From Minisyncoccota bacterium (GTDB taxonomy: Bacteria; Patescibacteriota; Minisyncoccia; UBA6257; 2-01-FULL-56-20): a stretch of 64,000 nucleotides of DNA. A model generated the notes under the pieces. It worked only from the letters and a program-made list of their open reading frames with translations. It did not search any database and was not told the DNA's origin. A program made the position numbers and the translations under genes. Where the stretch lies: positions 1,621 to 65,620 of the forward strand of contig DATKNI010000030.1 of assembly GCA_035541415.1 (NCBI GenBank), written 5' to 3'. Below are positions 56,407-64,000 of this stretch, one piece after another. How positions within the stretch are numbered: position 1 is the first letter of the stretch; each line of letters starts with the position of its first letter.

Positions 56407-58473
56407 ATGGCAGAAAAAACCTCCAACACCAAAGGCAGCGCTTCATACGGTGCCAAGGACATTTATGTGCTTGAAGGGCTCGAACCGGTGCGCAAACGCC
56501 CCGGTATGTACATCGGTTCAACCGGTTCCCTTGGGTTGCATCACCTCGTCTGGGAGGTTGTCGACAACTCGATCGACGAAGCGATGGCGGGATTCGCAAA
56601 GAATGTCACCGTCGAAATTTTGCCGGGCAACGAAGTGGCCGTCACGGACGATGGCCGCGGCATTCCCGTCGAAGTCCATCCGCAAACCAAGAAATCCACG
56701 CTTGAAACCGTTTTGACGACGCTCCACGCCGGCGGCAAATTCGGCGGCGAGTCATATAAAGTCTCAGGCGGCCTCCACGGCGTGGGTGTTTCCGTGGTGA
56801 ACGCGCTTTCCGAATGGGTGAAGGTTGAAGTTGAGCGCGACGGCGGGATGTTTGTGCAGGAATATGAGCGGGGCAAACCGAAATATAAGGTAAAGAAAGT
56901 CGGTTCATCAAAACGGACCGGCACAAAAACCACATTCAAGCCGGATGCGCAAGTTTTTTCCGAGCTTGAATTCAATGATAAGACGATCATTGAGCATTTG
57001 CGCCAGCAGGCGTATCTCACAAAAGGCGTCCGCATCAATATTATTGACCGCCGTCCCAAAGCGCCTCTTTTTTACGGCTTTTACTTTGAAGGCGGCGTGC
57101 TGTCGTTCGTAAAATATCTTGCACAGAAAAAGAATGCGCTCCACGAAGATATTTTTTACGTTGAGAAAGAAAACCAGAACATCGACGTTGAGTGCGCCTT
57201 CATGTATGTCGACGACACTCGCGCGCAAGAAATGAGTTTTGCGAACAACATTTACACGCCGGAAGGCGGCATGCACCTCACCGGATTCCGCTCGGCCTTA
57301 ACGCGCTCGCTCAATAACTTTGCCCGCGCCGAAGGCTATCTCAAAGAAAAAGAAGAAAACCTCACGAGCGACGACGTCCGCGAAGGGCAGATTGTCGTAT
57401 TATCGGTGAAGCTTCGCGAGCCGCAGTTTGAAGGCCAAACCAAGGCGAAGCTCGGCAACCCGGAAGCGCGGACGGCGGTTGAGGCTGTTATCAACGAAGC
57501 GCTCAAAGAGTTTTTGGAAAAACATCCGCAGGAAGCAAAAGCCGTTATTGCAAAAGTTCTCCTCACTGCCAAAGCCCGCCTTGCGGCAAAGGCAGCGCGT
57601 GAAACCGTTTTGCGCAAAGGCGCATTCGAAGGCCTCACGCTCCCGGGCAAGCTTGCCGATTGCATTTCAAAGAGCGCCGAAGAATCAGAGCTTTTCATCG
57701 TGGAGGGCGATTCCGCAGGCGGCACGGCCAAGCAGGGGAGAAACCGCCAGAACCAGGCAATCCTGCCGCTTCGCGGAAAAATTTTGAACGTTGAACGCGC
57801 CCGTCTCGACAAAATGCTTGCGAACGCAGAAGTCCGCGCGCTTGTTGTTGCGATCGGTACGGCAATCGGCGAGGAGTTCAACATGGAAAAATTACGTTAC
57901 CACAAGATCGTCATCATGACCGATGCCGATGTCGATGGCGCGCACATCCGCACGCTTTTACTCACCTTGTTCTACCGTTATTTCCGCGAAGTGGTTGACG
58001 GCGGTTACATTTATATCGCTCAGCCGCCGCTCTACAAAATTCAGCTTGGCAAGCAGTTCAAATATGCCTTTTCGGATTCCGAAAAAGAAAAAGCCATCGC
58101 GGAACTTCAGAAGAATGCTCCGGTCCGCGGTGCGTCGGCAAAAGGCGATGCGAAGGGAAAAAAGAAAACGGAAGACGTTGCGGAGCGCGAAGCCGGAACC
58201 GCCAGCGAAGGAGAGAGAGTTGAGGAGGGCGCTGTTATGGCCGACGGCAAACGCATGCCGAACGTCCAGCGCTACAAGGGTCTTGGCGAAATGAATGCCG
58301 AACAGCTGTGGGAGACCACCATGAATCCGGAGAACCGCCTCATGAAGCAGGTGATGATCGAAGATGCGGAAGCCGCAGACAAACTTTTTGACGTTCTGAT
58401 GGGCGACGCCGTGGAGCCGCGCAAAAACTTCATCCAGGCGCACGCGGCAACGGTGCAGAATTTGGATATTTAA
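56407..58473 (+). CDS. gyrB: DNA gyrase subunit B
   Basis: GHKL ATPase motifs (EVVDNSIDEA, GLHGVG), Toprim EGDSAGG, QRYKGLGEMN; contains a ~35-aa charged low-complexity insertion. Confidence 0.95.
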   Translation: MAEKTSNTKGSASYGAKDIYVLEGLEPVRKRPGMYIGSTGSLGLHHLVWEVVDNSIDEAMAGFAKNVTVEILPGNEVAVTDDGRGIPVEVHPQTKKSTLETVLTTLHAGGKFGGESYKVSGGLHGVGVSVVNALSEWVKVEVERDGGMFVQEYERGKPKYKVKKVGSSKRTGTKTTFKPDAQVFSELEFNDKTIIEHLRQQAYLTKGVRINIIDRRPKAPLFYGFYFEGGVLSFVKYLAQKKNALHEDIFYVEKENQNIDVECAFMYVDDTRAQEMSFANNIYTPEGGMHLTGFRSALTRSLNNFARAEGYLKEKEENLTSDDVREGQIVVLSVKLREPQFEGQTKAKLGNPEARTAVEAVINEALKEFLEKHPQEAKAVIAKVLLTAKARLAAKAARETVLRKGAFEGLTLPGKLADCISKSAEESELFIVEGDSAGGTAKQGRNRQNQAILPLRGKILNVERARLDKMLANAEVRALVVAIGTAIGEEFNMEKLRYHKIVIMTDADVDGAHIRTLLLTLFYRYFREVVDGGYIYIAQPPLYKIQLGKQFKYAFSDSEKEKAIAELQKNAPVRGASAKGDAKGKKKTEDVAEREAGTASEGERVEEGAVMADGKRMPNVQRYKGLGEMNAEQLWETTMNPENRLMKQVMIEDAEAADKLFDVLMGDAVEPRKNFIQAHAATVQNLDI

Positions 58474-58540
58474 GATAAAAAAACAGACCAGATTGTCGCC
58501 AATCCGGCCTGTCGATCCGATGCTATCGATTCACGCTGTC

Positions 58541-59302
58541 TCAATGGAAAACCGCTAGGGCGAATCCATAGAGGTTGCTCTGGCTGCTCAAGGTTCCGCT
58601 GAAGCTAAAGCTGCCCGACGGCGTAATGGCGTCTCCGTATCCGGCTGAACCCCAGCTCGGTTCTATTTGGGCCCGAAGATACGTGAGCGGTGCCGTGCTC
58701 GACCATTTCGTGATGGTTCCTGAGTTGAACGCAATGAATCCCACCCCCAGGCTTCCCGAGGAAGTCGTCAGTGCGTTGCTCGCGAACTGACCATTGGTGA
58801 TCGAGCTTCCCCGGAAGGTTTTGTTAGTCGGACTGCAGTTCGGCAGCCCCGAATACTCGTTCAGAAACATCACCGCATCGCCCCAGCCCGGAATGTTGCC
58901 GATCTCGATCGTGGGTTTCTGGCCGCCTTCTGTCGACGACACCTTCTCGTAATAGGTATCGACATACCACGAACCAACTGCTTGTGGACTTCCAAAAACC
59001 CCAGGAAGATTGGCCCCGCTGGTCGCGTCAAGTACGCTTTCCATTTCCCCGGTTTTGGTGGCGATTTCAATGATCAAGCAGTTGCCCGTGGTCACGCTGT
59101 GCGTATAGGTCCCACTGAAGTTGGGCACGATTGAGGTGCTGGCAAAGACCACTCCTTGAATGAACGATGGACCGGAGGGTGGAGGCGGTGTCGATGCGTT
59201 TGGAATTTTGTACACAACGGTTACGGAATCGGCTTGGCAAAATGCCGATTCCGTCAAACAGGCAACAGCAAGAACCAAAGCAAACACTTTCAGTGATTTC
59301 AT
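58541..59302 (-). CDS. hypothetical secreted beta-rich protein
   Basis: Signal peptide (LAVACLTESAFC), Pro-rich linker, ~200-aa S/T/G-rich beta-strand domain, no recognisable catalytic motif. Confidence 0.4.
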   Translation of the reverse strand: MKSLKVFALVLAVACLTESAFCQADSVTVVYKIPNASTPPPPSGPSFIQGVVFASTSIVPNFSGTYTHSVTTGNCLIIEIATKTGEMESVLDATSGANLPGVFGSPQAVGSWYVDTYYEKVSSTEGGQKPTIEIGNIPGWGDAVMFLNEYSGLPNCSPTNKTFRGSSITNGQFASNALTTSSGSLGVGFIAFNSGTITKWSSTAPLTYLRAQIEPSWGSAGYGDAITPSGSFSFSGTLSSQSNLYGFALAVFH

Positions 59303-59522
59303 TGTTTCTCCTTTGGATTGTCAACGTACCGCTTGGTAACGCAAAATATAAAATAGCAAATTCAAAGAATTATGTCAATTTTCTCGCCGCACGCAAATTT
59401 GCTCTTGACCGCTTGCTCGCAAAAGATTACACTGCTTGTATCTCCAAAACCGCGAGTATAGCGGTCTTTTATTTGCAAAAGACGGTTGCCCGCGAGAAAA
59501 ATCAGGAGTATACTAGACACCA

Positions 59523-59711
59523 ATGTTCGATCGCATCAAACACTTTTTTATCGAGTCGCGCAATGAGTTGCGCCACGTGAACTGGCCGACGCGCCAAGAG
59601 GCGATCCGCCTCACGGGCATCGTGATCGGCCTTTCGCTCTCGCTCGCCGTATTTCTGGGCGCGTGCGACTACCTCTTCACTTACATCATGCGCACGTTTA
59701 TCGTAAAATAA
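59523..59711 (+). CDS. secE: preprotein translocase subunit SecE
   Basis: 62 aa, ELRHVNWPTRQEA followed by a single TM; located immediately upstream of nusG. Confidence 0.7.
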   Translation: MFDRIKHFFIESRNELRHVNWPTRQEAIRLTGIVIGLSLSLAVFLGACDYLFTYIMRTFIVK

Positions 59712-59723
59712 ATATCTAGGGAA

Positions 59724-60293
59724 ATGGCATTAGCTTCGCACCAAGGTGCGCACAACGAAAAACCGCAGATCCGGCAGTGGTATGCCGTCCAGACGTATTC
59801 GGGCTACGAAGAAGCCGTCGCCCGCTATTTGAAGCAGCGCGTCGAATCGCTCGCGATGAGCGACAAGATTTTCAACGTCCTCGTTCCGAAAGAAAAGACG
59901 ATCAAAGTGAAGGGCGGCAAGCGCCAGACGGTTGAAGAGAAGATTTATCCGGGGTATGTGCTCGTCGAAATGATCCTCACCGAAGATTCGTGGTACGTCG
60001 TCCGCAACACGCCGCGCGTCACCGGTTTCGTCGGTCCCGATAACACCACCCCGACGCCGCTTTCCAAAGATGAAGTTGATTTGCTCCTCGCGCGCTCCGG
60101 CCGCGACGAGAGCAAGGTCATGCTTGACCTCAAGGTAGGCGATCTGGTAAAAATAACCGACGGTCCGTTCAAGGAATACGACGGCAAAGTTGCCGAAGTA
60201 AACGAAGAAAAGGGGAGCATCAAAGTGCTCGTACCGATCTTCGGACGCGATACCGCCGTGGAGCTCGACTCGCTCCAGGTACGAAAGATATAA
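59724..60293 (+). CDS. nusG: transcription termination/antitermination factor NusG
   Basis: NGN domain (WYAVQTYSGYEE) and C-terminal KOW (VGDLVKITDGPFKEYDGKV). Confidence 0.85.
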   Translation: MALASHQGAHNEKPQIRQWYAVQTYSGYEEAVARYLKQRVESLAMSDKIFNVLVPKEKTIKVKGGKRQTVEEKIYPGYVLVEMILTEDSWYVVRNTPRVTGFVGPDNTTPTPLSKDEVDLLLARSGRDESKVMLDLKVGDLVKITDGPFKEYDGKVAEVNEEKGSIKVLVPIFGRDTAVELDSLQVRKI

Positions 60294-60336
60294 TCAATCA
60301 GAAACAATAAATTAGAAACTAAGGTCTACTAGAAAT

Positions 60337-60540
60337 ATGGCTCAACAGTGTTTCTTCTGTTCGCAAAACTTAAAGAATATTGATTATAAGGAGATCGAAT
60401 TGCTCCGGCGCTTTGTGTCGAGCCAATCCAAGATCATCGACCCGCGCCATACGAGCGTGTGCGCAAAGCATCAGCGGAAATTGGCGCTCGCCATCAAGCG
60501 CGCGCGGTTTATGGGGCTTCTCCCGTACGTACGCAAATAA
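60337..60540 (+). CDS. rpsR: 30S ribosomal protein bS18
   Basis: 67 aa, IDYKE..LLRRFVS....I..R..T.VCAKHQRKLA.AIKRAR..GLLPY. Confidence 0.8.
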   Translation: MAQQCFFCSQNLKNIDYKEIELLRRFVSSQSKIIDPRHTSVCAKHQRKLALAIKRARFMGLLPYVRK

Positions 60541-60543
60541 TAA

Positions 60544-60568
60544 GCGCCCCGGAAGGGGCGTTTTTGTT
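60544..60568 (+). terminator. rho-independent terminator (gcgcccc-ggaa-ggggcg + TTTTTGTTT)
   Basis: Read directly, 4 nt after the rpsR stop. Confidence 0.65.
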
Positions 60569-60586
60569 TCGTGGTAAAATTGAGAA

Positions 60587-61144
60587 ATGTCTTTTAACCA
60601 GCGCGCGTTCCTGTGGGTCCATCATTTCATGGGCGCAAGTCCGTGGCTCGATGGATTCGGCGTTTTTCTCGCGGAATGGCTTCCCTATTTCCTCGTCCTC
60701 GGATTTTTCATGCTTCTCCTTAGCCAGCCGGGATGGCGCAAGAAATTTTATTGGTTTGCCGAAGGGGCGATCGCGATCATGGTCTCCCGCGGCATCGTCA
60801 CGGAAACCATCCGACTCTTCTACCATTACGAGCGGCCGTTTTCGTTTTATCATTTTGCACCCCTCATCGTTGGCGCTGGCTGGTCGTTCCCGTCCGGCCA
60901 TGCCGCGTGGTTCTTTGCGATGGCAACGACGATCTGGTATATGGATCGGAAATGGGGGATTGCGTTTTATATTTTTGCGCTCGTGAACGGCATTTCGCGC
61001 GTTTACGTCGGCGTCCATTGGCCGTTCGACATCGTGGGCGGCATTGCGGTTGGCATTCTTTCGGGGATCGTCGTGCATTGGCTCCTCACGTCAAGCCGCG
61101 AAGGGATTTATAAAACCGCAACTCCGGTTGCGGCTCAACGCTAA
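60587..61144 (+). CDS. PAP2-family phosphatase (undecaprenyl-diphosphatase/lipid phosphatase type)
   Basis: PSGH and SRVYVGVHWPFD acid-phosphatase motifs, 5-6 TM. Confidence 0.7.
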   Translation: MSFNQRAFLWVHHFMGASPWLDGFGVFLAEWLPYFLVLGFFMLLLSQPGWRKKFYWFAEGAIAIMVSRGIVTETIRLFYHYERPFSFYHFAPLIVGAGWSFPSGHAAWFFAMATTIWYMDRKWGIAFYIFALVNGISRVYVGVHWPFDIVGGIAVGILSGIVVHWLLTSSREGIYKTATPVAAQR

Positions 61145-61158
61145 GAACGTCGTTTGCG

Positions 61159-61560
61159 CTACGCGATCGTTGCGGTGCAATATGCGCACCGGGTCGCTTT
61201 GACCGGGATGTTCGAGAGGCATTCAGGGCACGTTTTTGTGGTCGCTTCCGGCGGCGGGCCTTTTTTGATCCGCTCATTGATTTTATTGATTGGGAGCACC
61301 ACGAAGAAATAAATGGTTGCGGCGAGAATAAGGAACGAGATCACATTGTTCAAAAAATCGCCGTACATGAATTGGCTGCCGTGGACGGTGAAGGTGAGAT
61401 TGCTGAAATTGGGCTGGGTCGCGATGGCCGCGATGAGCGGCGTGAGGAGGTCTTTTACGAGCGCGCTTACGACGCCATTGAACGCGGCTCCAATCATGAT
61501 GCCGACGGCGAGATCGATGACGTTGCCGCGCAGGATGAACTGCCGGAATCCCTGTAGCAT
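61159..61560 (-). CDS. mscL: large-conductance mechanosensitive channel MscL with C-terminal CxxC-X13-CxxC extension
   Basis: N-terminus MLQGFRQFILRGNVIDLAVGIMIGAAF canonical for MscL. C-terminal TCPEC...CAYC zinc-ribbon-like tail. Confidence 0.8.
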   Translation of the reverse strand: MLQGFRQFILRGNVIDLAVGIMIGAAFNGVVSALVKDLLTPLIAAIATQPNFSNLTFTVHGSQFMYGDFLNNVISFLILAATIYFFVVLPINKINERIKKGPPPEATTKTCPECLSNIPVKATRCAYCTATIA

Positions 61561-61596
61561 GCTTTTATTATACACGCCTCAAATTCCGCTGGGCGC

Positions 61597-62514
61597 CTAG
61601 AATCTAAAGAGGCTGAGCTGGATGAGGCGTGAACGGAGGAGGTCGAGAATCTGCGATGGCGGCAGGACGAAGCGGCGGATGGCCACGGTTACCGTCTGGC
61701 CGCCTCCGGCGCGGCTTACCGTAAAGCTCGCGCCGTCATTGCCGAGCGGCGATGGTGCTGCGAGAACACTCCCATTCCGCGAAATCATCGTGACTTCTTT
61801 TGCGCCGGTTTGCGCAATCGTCTGATGTACGCCGTTCACGGCGGCCGCTCCTTCCGAGAATGAAATGCTCCCGAAGTTGTCGAGCGGCAGGGTGCCGACA
61901 TTCGAGCTTGGCATTTCTTGGATCCATTCCGCGGATGAATGATCGGAATTATAGGACAGGTCGAGGTGATCGGTGTCGCCGGTCGTATTGTTTCTATAGG
62001 AAACCCGCCACGTGCCCGGATCCGATTCCTCGAGCGATACGCTTATTGAGTCGCCGGCGTGCACCGGGAAAGAAATCTGTTGCATGTCGTCGGGCAGCAA
62101 TTCGTACCAGGCGGCGTAGCGTACCGAACCATTCGGGTCGGTGATCGCCTGGGTGCCGGCTTGGATGAGATTGTGGCCGGTGACGCCGCCGATGCCTACC
62201 CACGTTGCGTCGGCCGAGGTTCGGTCCGCGCTTGGAACGGAAGGAATGGTCCACGTTCCGCCGACCGCCGTAAAGGATCCTTCCGTTGAAACGTAGCCCG
62301 CCCAGTTGAGCGACTCATTCGAATTGACGCCGGAATCCGGCGCGCTCGGGTATTGCGGATAAACAATCTGCGCGATTTGCGGACCGTCGTTTGTTCGGGA
62401 AAATGAGAGCCACGAAAATGGAAGCGAGAGCTGCGGGAATGGCGCTGCGAATGCCATAATAGGCATGGCAGCAGCGATGACTGCGGCCGCGAGCATTCGT
62501 AATAGAGTCTTCAT
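61597..62514 (-). CDS. G1-family glutamic peptidase (eqolisin/scytalidoglutamic peptidase-like), secreted
   Basis: Signal peptide plus colinear G1 motifs: SLNWAGYV, ATWVGIGG...LIQAG (catalytic Gln), YAAWYELLP, AGDSISV, SAEWIQE (catalytic Glu). Confidence 0.7.
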   Translation of the reverse strand: MKTLLRMLAAAVIAAAMPIMAFAAPFPQLSLPFSWLSFSRTNDGPQIAQIVYPQYPSAPDSGVNSNESLNWAGYVSTEGSFTAVGGTWTIPSVPSADRTSADATWVGIGGVTGHNLIQAGTQAITDPNGSVRYAAWYELLPDDMQQISFPVHAGDSISVSLEESDPGTWRVSYRNNTTGDTDHLDLSYNSDHSSAEWIQEMPSSNVGTLPLDNFGSISFSEGAAAVNGVHQTIAQTGAKEVTMISRNGSVLAAPSPLGNDGASFTVSRAGGGQTVTVAIRRFVLPPSQILDLLRSRLIQLSLFRF

Positions 62515-62616
62515 GTTTAAACTAGTACGCCTGGATTTTGGGAATTGTTTCATTTCGCGGCGCGGTGCGTATTATAACGATACTTGCTTATTCGTGGTCG
62601 ACTATAAATTATTTCT

Positions 62617-62811
62617 ATGCCTCGAAAGTACAGCAGAAAATCGCAGAATAAAGTTCGCCGCGCCATGCACGAGATGAAGCGTGGAAAATTGAAGAGCGGC
62701 CGCAGCGGGAAAACGGTCCGCAGCCGCAAGCAGGCGATTGCGATCGGACTTTCCGAAGCGCGCCGTTCGGGTGCCAAAGTCCCGAAGCCGAAGCGCGGCA
62801 GGCGCCGATAA
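62617..62811 (+). CDS. small basic protein (DUF6496-like)
   Basis: 64 aa, Lys/Arg-rich, MHE.KRG.LKSGRSGK.V.SRKQAIAIGLSEAR; family call from memory only. Confidence 0.4.
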   Translation: MPRKYSRKSQNKVRRAMHEMKRGKLKSGRSGKTVRSRKQAIAIGLSEARRSGAKVPKPKRGRRR

Positions 62812-62870
62812 GTTGTGCACAATTGAATAGTGCCCAAGGGTGCGGGACAATGAAGATAGAAGGAGGTGAA

Positions 62871-63356
62871 ATGGATTACCCGAGAGGTGTGAGGTTCTCA
62901 TACCAAGGAACCAGATATCTCGTCGAGTTTCATTGCATATCCAAAAACCCCGCGCAGAAATGTTCAAATCCGGACTGCACGGATAAGGCCGTTTTTGCGG
63001 TGACCATTGTCATCAACAAGATCAGCATCAAGGAGAGTTCCCAGGAAATCGTGCTCGATCCCAGGCACAAAATGTGGGCGACGATTGCAACCATTGTTCG
63101 GCTTCGTGAGGGCGACAACCAAACCCATTGCCTTGAAGCAAATTCATTCAGGACCTGCGAAAAGGCCATGGCGTACCAGAATTACGCCGCCACGAGAGAT
63201 GCCTTCGGCGTTCGTGTAAGCGAACGTGAAGGATGGAATAAGTTGTACTTGAGTCGCCAACGTCATTTGGCCCGCAAGGAGCGGAAGCGCCTTAAAAAAG
63301 AACGAAAGGCCATGAAACGTGCTCAACGGTGCCAACAACTTTCCGGACGGAGGTGA
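62871..63356 (+). CDS. hypothetical protein with Cys/His-containing N-terminal domain and basic C-terminal tail
   Basis: AGGAGG SD 5 nt upstream of ATG 62871. The longer TTG-initiated ORF from 62823 is less likely. Confidence 0.35.
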   Translation: MDYPRGVRFSYQGTRYLVEFHCISKNPAQKCSNPDCTDKAVFAVTIVINKISIKESSQEIVLDPRHKMWATIATIVRLREGDNQTHCLEANSFRTCEKAMAYQNYAATRDAFGVRVSEREGWNKLYLSRQRHLARKERKRLKKERKAMKRAQRCQQLSGRR

Positions 63357-63441
63357 TCTGTCCACCGGCGCGGATGATTATTCGTCCGCGCTGTTTCTAT
63401 TTGAGAATTTCAAAAGAATCCTATACACTCAATGGGACATT

Positions 63442-63528
63442 GGAGGCGTGGCCGAGCGGCTTAAGGCAGCATCCTGCTAAGATGTTTAGGGGGAAACTCC
63501 TACGAAGGTTCGAATCCTTCCGCCTCCG
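63442..63528 (+). tRNA. tRNA-Ser (anticodon GCU)
   Basis: Acceptor GGAGGCG/CGCCTCC, anticodon loop CTGCTAA, long variable arm, T-arm GAAGG-TTCGAAT-CCTTC. No encoded CCA. Confidence 0.8.
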
Positions 63529-63635
63529 CCCGTTAGTGCAGCGGTTCGAGAGACCTTGAGGCCTCATGTCGGTAGGGTAGCCGAAGCACCAGCTTGAATC
63601 TTCCAATAAATATTTGGATGTGTTACAGTGGGGCT

Positions 63636-64000
63636 ATGCCAAACTCCTTCGAAAATTCCATTCAGGACCAACCTCAGGAAATTCCTGTCGAGGTGCATCA
63701 TGCCGAAGACGGGAAAGAAAATCCTGAATCAAAAAACGAATCCTCTAAACAGGAAAAATCGCCCGAGGGAAAAGCCGATAAAAATGAATATGCAGAAGTA
63801 GCTGAACAACACGTCGAAGCGGCTTTCGAGTCCCAGAAAGCAGAACTGCAACAGCGACAAAAACGGTATGAGAATGCGGTAAATTTATTGAAAACGAATC
63901 TCGAGGAGGCCCAAAAGCAGTACCCACAACTCGAAAACAGTCCCATTCTTAAGACTTTCTTAGAAGAGGATGAAGGCATAGCTCGATTGTTTGAAGCTGG
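63636..64000 (+). CDS. hypothetical acidic/coiled-coil protein, 5'-partial view (runs off the window end)
   Basis: Open frame from ATG 63636 to the window end with no stop (MPNSFENSIQDQPQEIPVEVHHAEDGKEN...). Lower-GC, Glu/Lys/Gln-rich. Confidence 0.35.
   Translation, partial: MPNSFENSIQDQPQEIPVEVHHAEDGKENPESKNESSKQEKSPEGKADKNEYAEVAEQHVEAAFESQKAELQQRQKRYENAVNLLKTNLEEAQKQYPQLENSPILKTFLEEDEGIARLFEA

Noticed and set aside
63698-63979. Minus-strand ORFs 63698..63979 and 63745..63927
   Set aside because: The plus strand carries an uninterrupted, compositionally coherent Glu/Lys/Gln-rich reading frame from ATG 63636 to the window end. The minus-strand ORFs are Ser/Cys/Phe-rich mirror artefacts.

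Overview
This is a gene-dense (~90% coding), high-GC (~57%) bacterial chromosomal window with no rRNA, CRISPR array or recognisable mobile element. Many starts are TTG/GTG or have weak SD sequences; an RNase Y gene and a CIRCE element point to a Gram-positive-like or Patescibacteria-like regulatory style, but the phylum cannot be fixed from sequence alone. Housekeeping genes are spread through the window: secG, gpmI, rny, groES-groEL behind a sigma70-like promoter plus a perfect CIRCE operator, lemA-htpX, gyrB, secE-nusG-rpsR, mscL and two tRNA-Ser (GGA and GCU). Positions ~5.7-36.5 kb are a large surface-glycan biosynthesis island. It includes an O-antigen-ligase-like protein, a Wzx flippase, a WbaP-type priming phosphotransferase, five GT2/GT11/CgeB-type glycosyltransferases and a DegT aminotransferase. 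It carries a complete GDP-D-glycero-D-manno-heptose pathway (gmhA, hddA-like GHMP kinase, gmhB, hddC-like guanylyltransferase). It also has a Gmd dehydratase, two Fcl-like reductases, a plant-type GDP-mannose 3,5-epimerase, two cupin epimerase/isomerases and two O-methyltransferases. A split ThDP-dependent E1 alpha/beta-like pair is embedded in the island. Also inside the island are a secreted LCAT-family alpha/beta-hydrolase, a DedA protein and a PAP2_C (sphingomyelin-synthase-like) membrane protein. Positions ~37.5-40 kb are a redox cluster: a leaderless ArsR regulator, an NADPH-dependent FMN reductase, an SPW-repeat protein, a glutaredoxin-like protein and trxB. Positions ~44.5-52.6 kb hold two tandem YcnI-like putative copper-binding proteins, an SPFH protein and a tight four-gene minus-strand operon. 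That operon encodes an FMN-binding (flavinylatable SGAT-motif) protein, an ApbE flavin transferase, a polytopic-membrane FNR-like oxidoreductase and a stand-alone cyanophycin-synthetase-like ATP-grasp enzyme; it is the most unusual system in the window. Downstream are three secreted peptidases of families M13, S53 (sedolisin) and G1 (eqolisin, rare in bacteria), and a small protein made of eight tandem 11-residue repeats.
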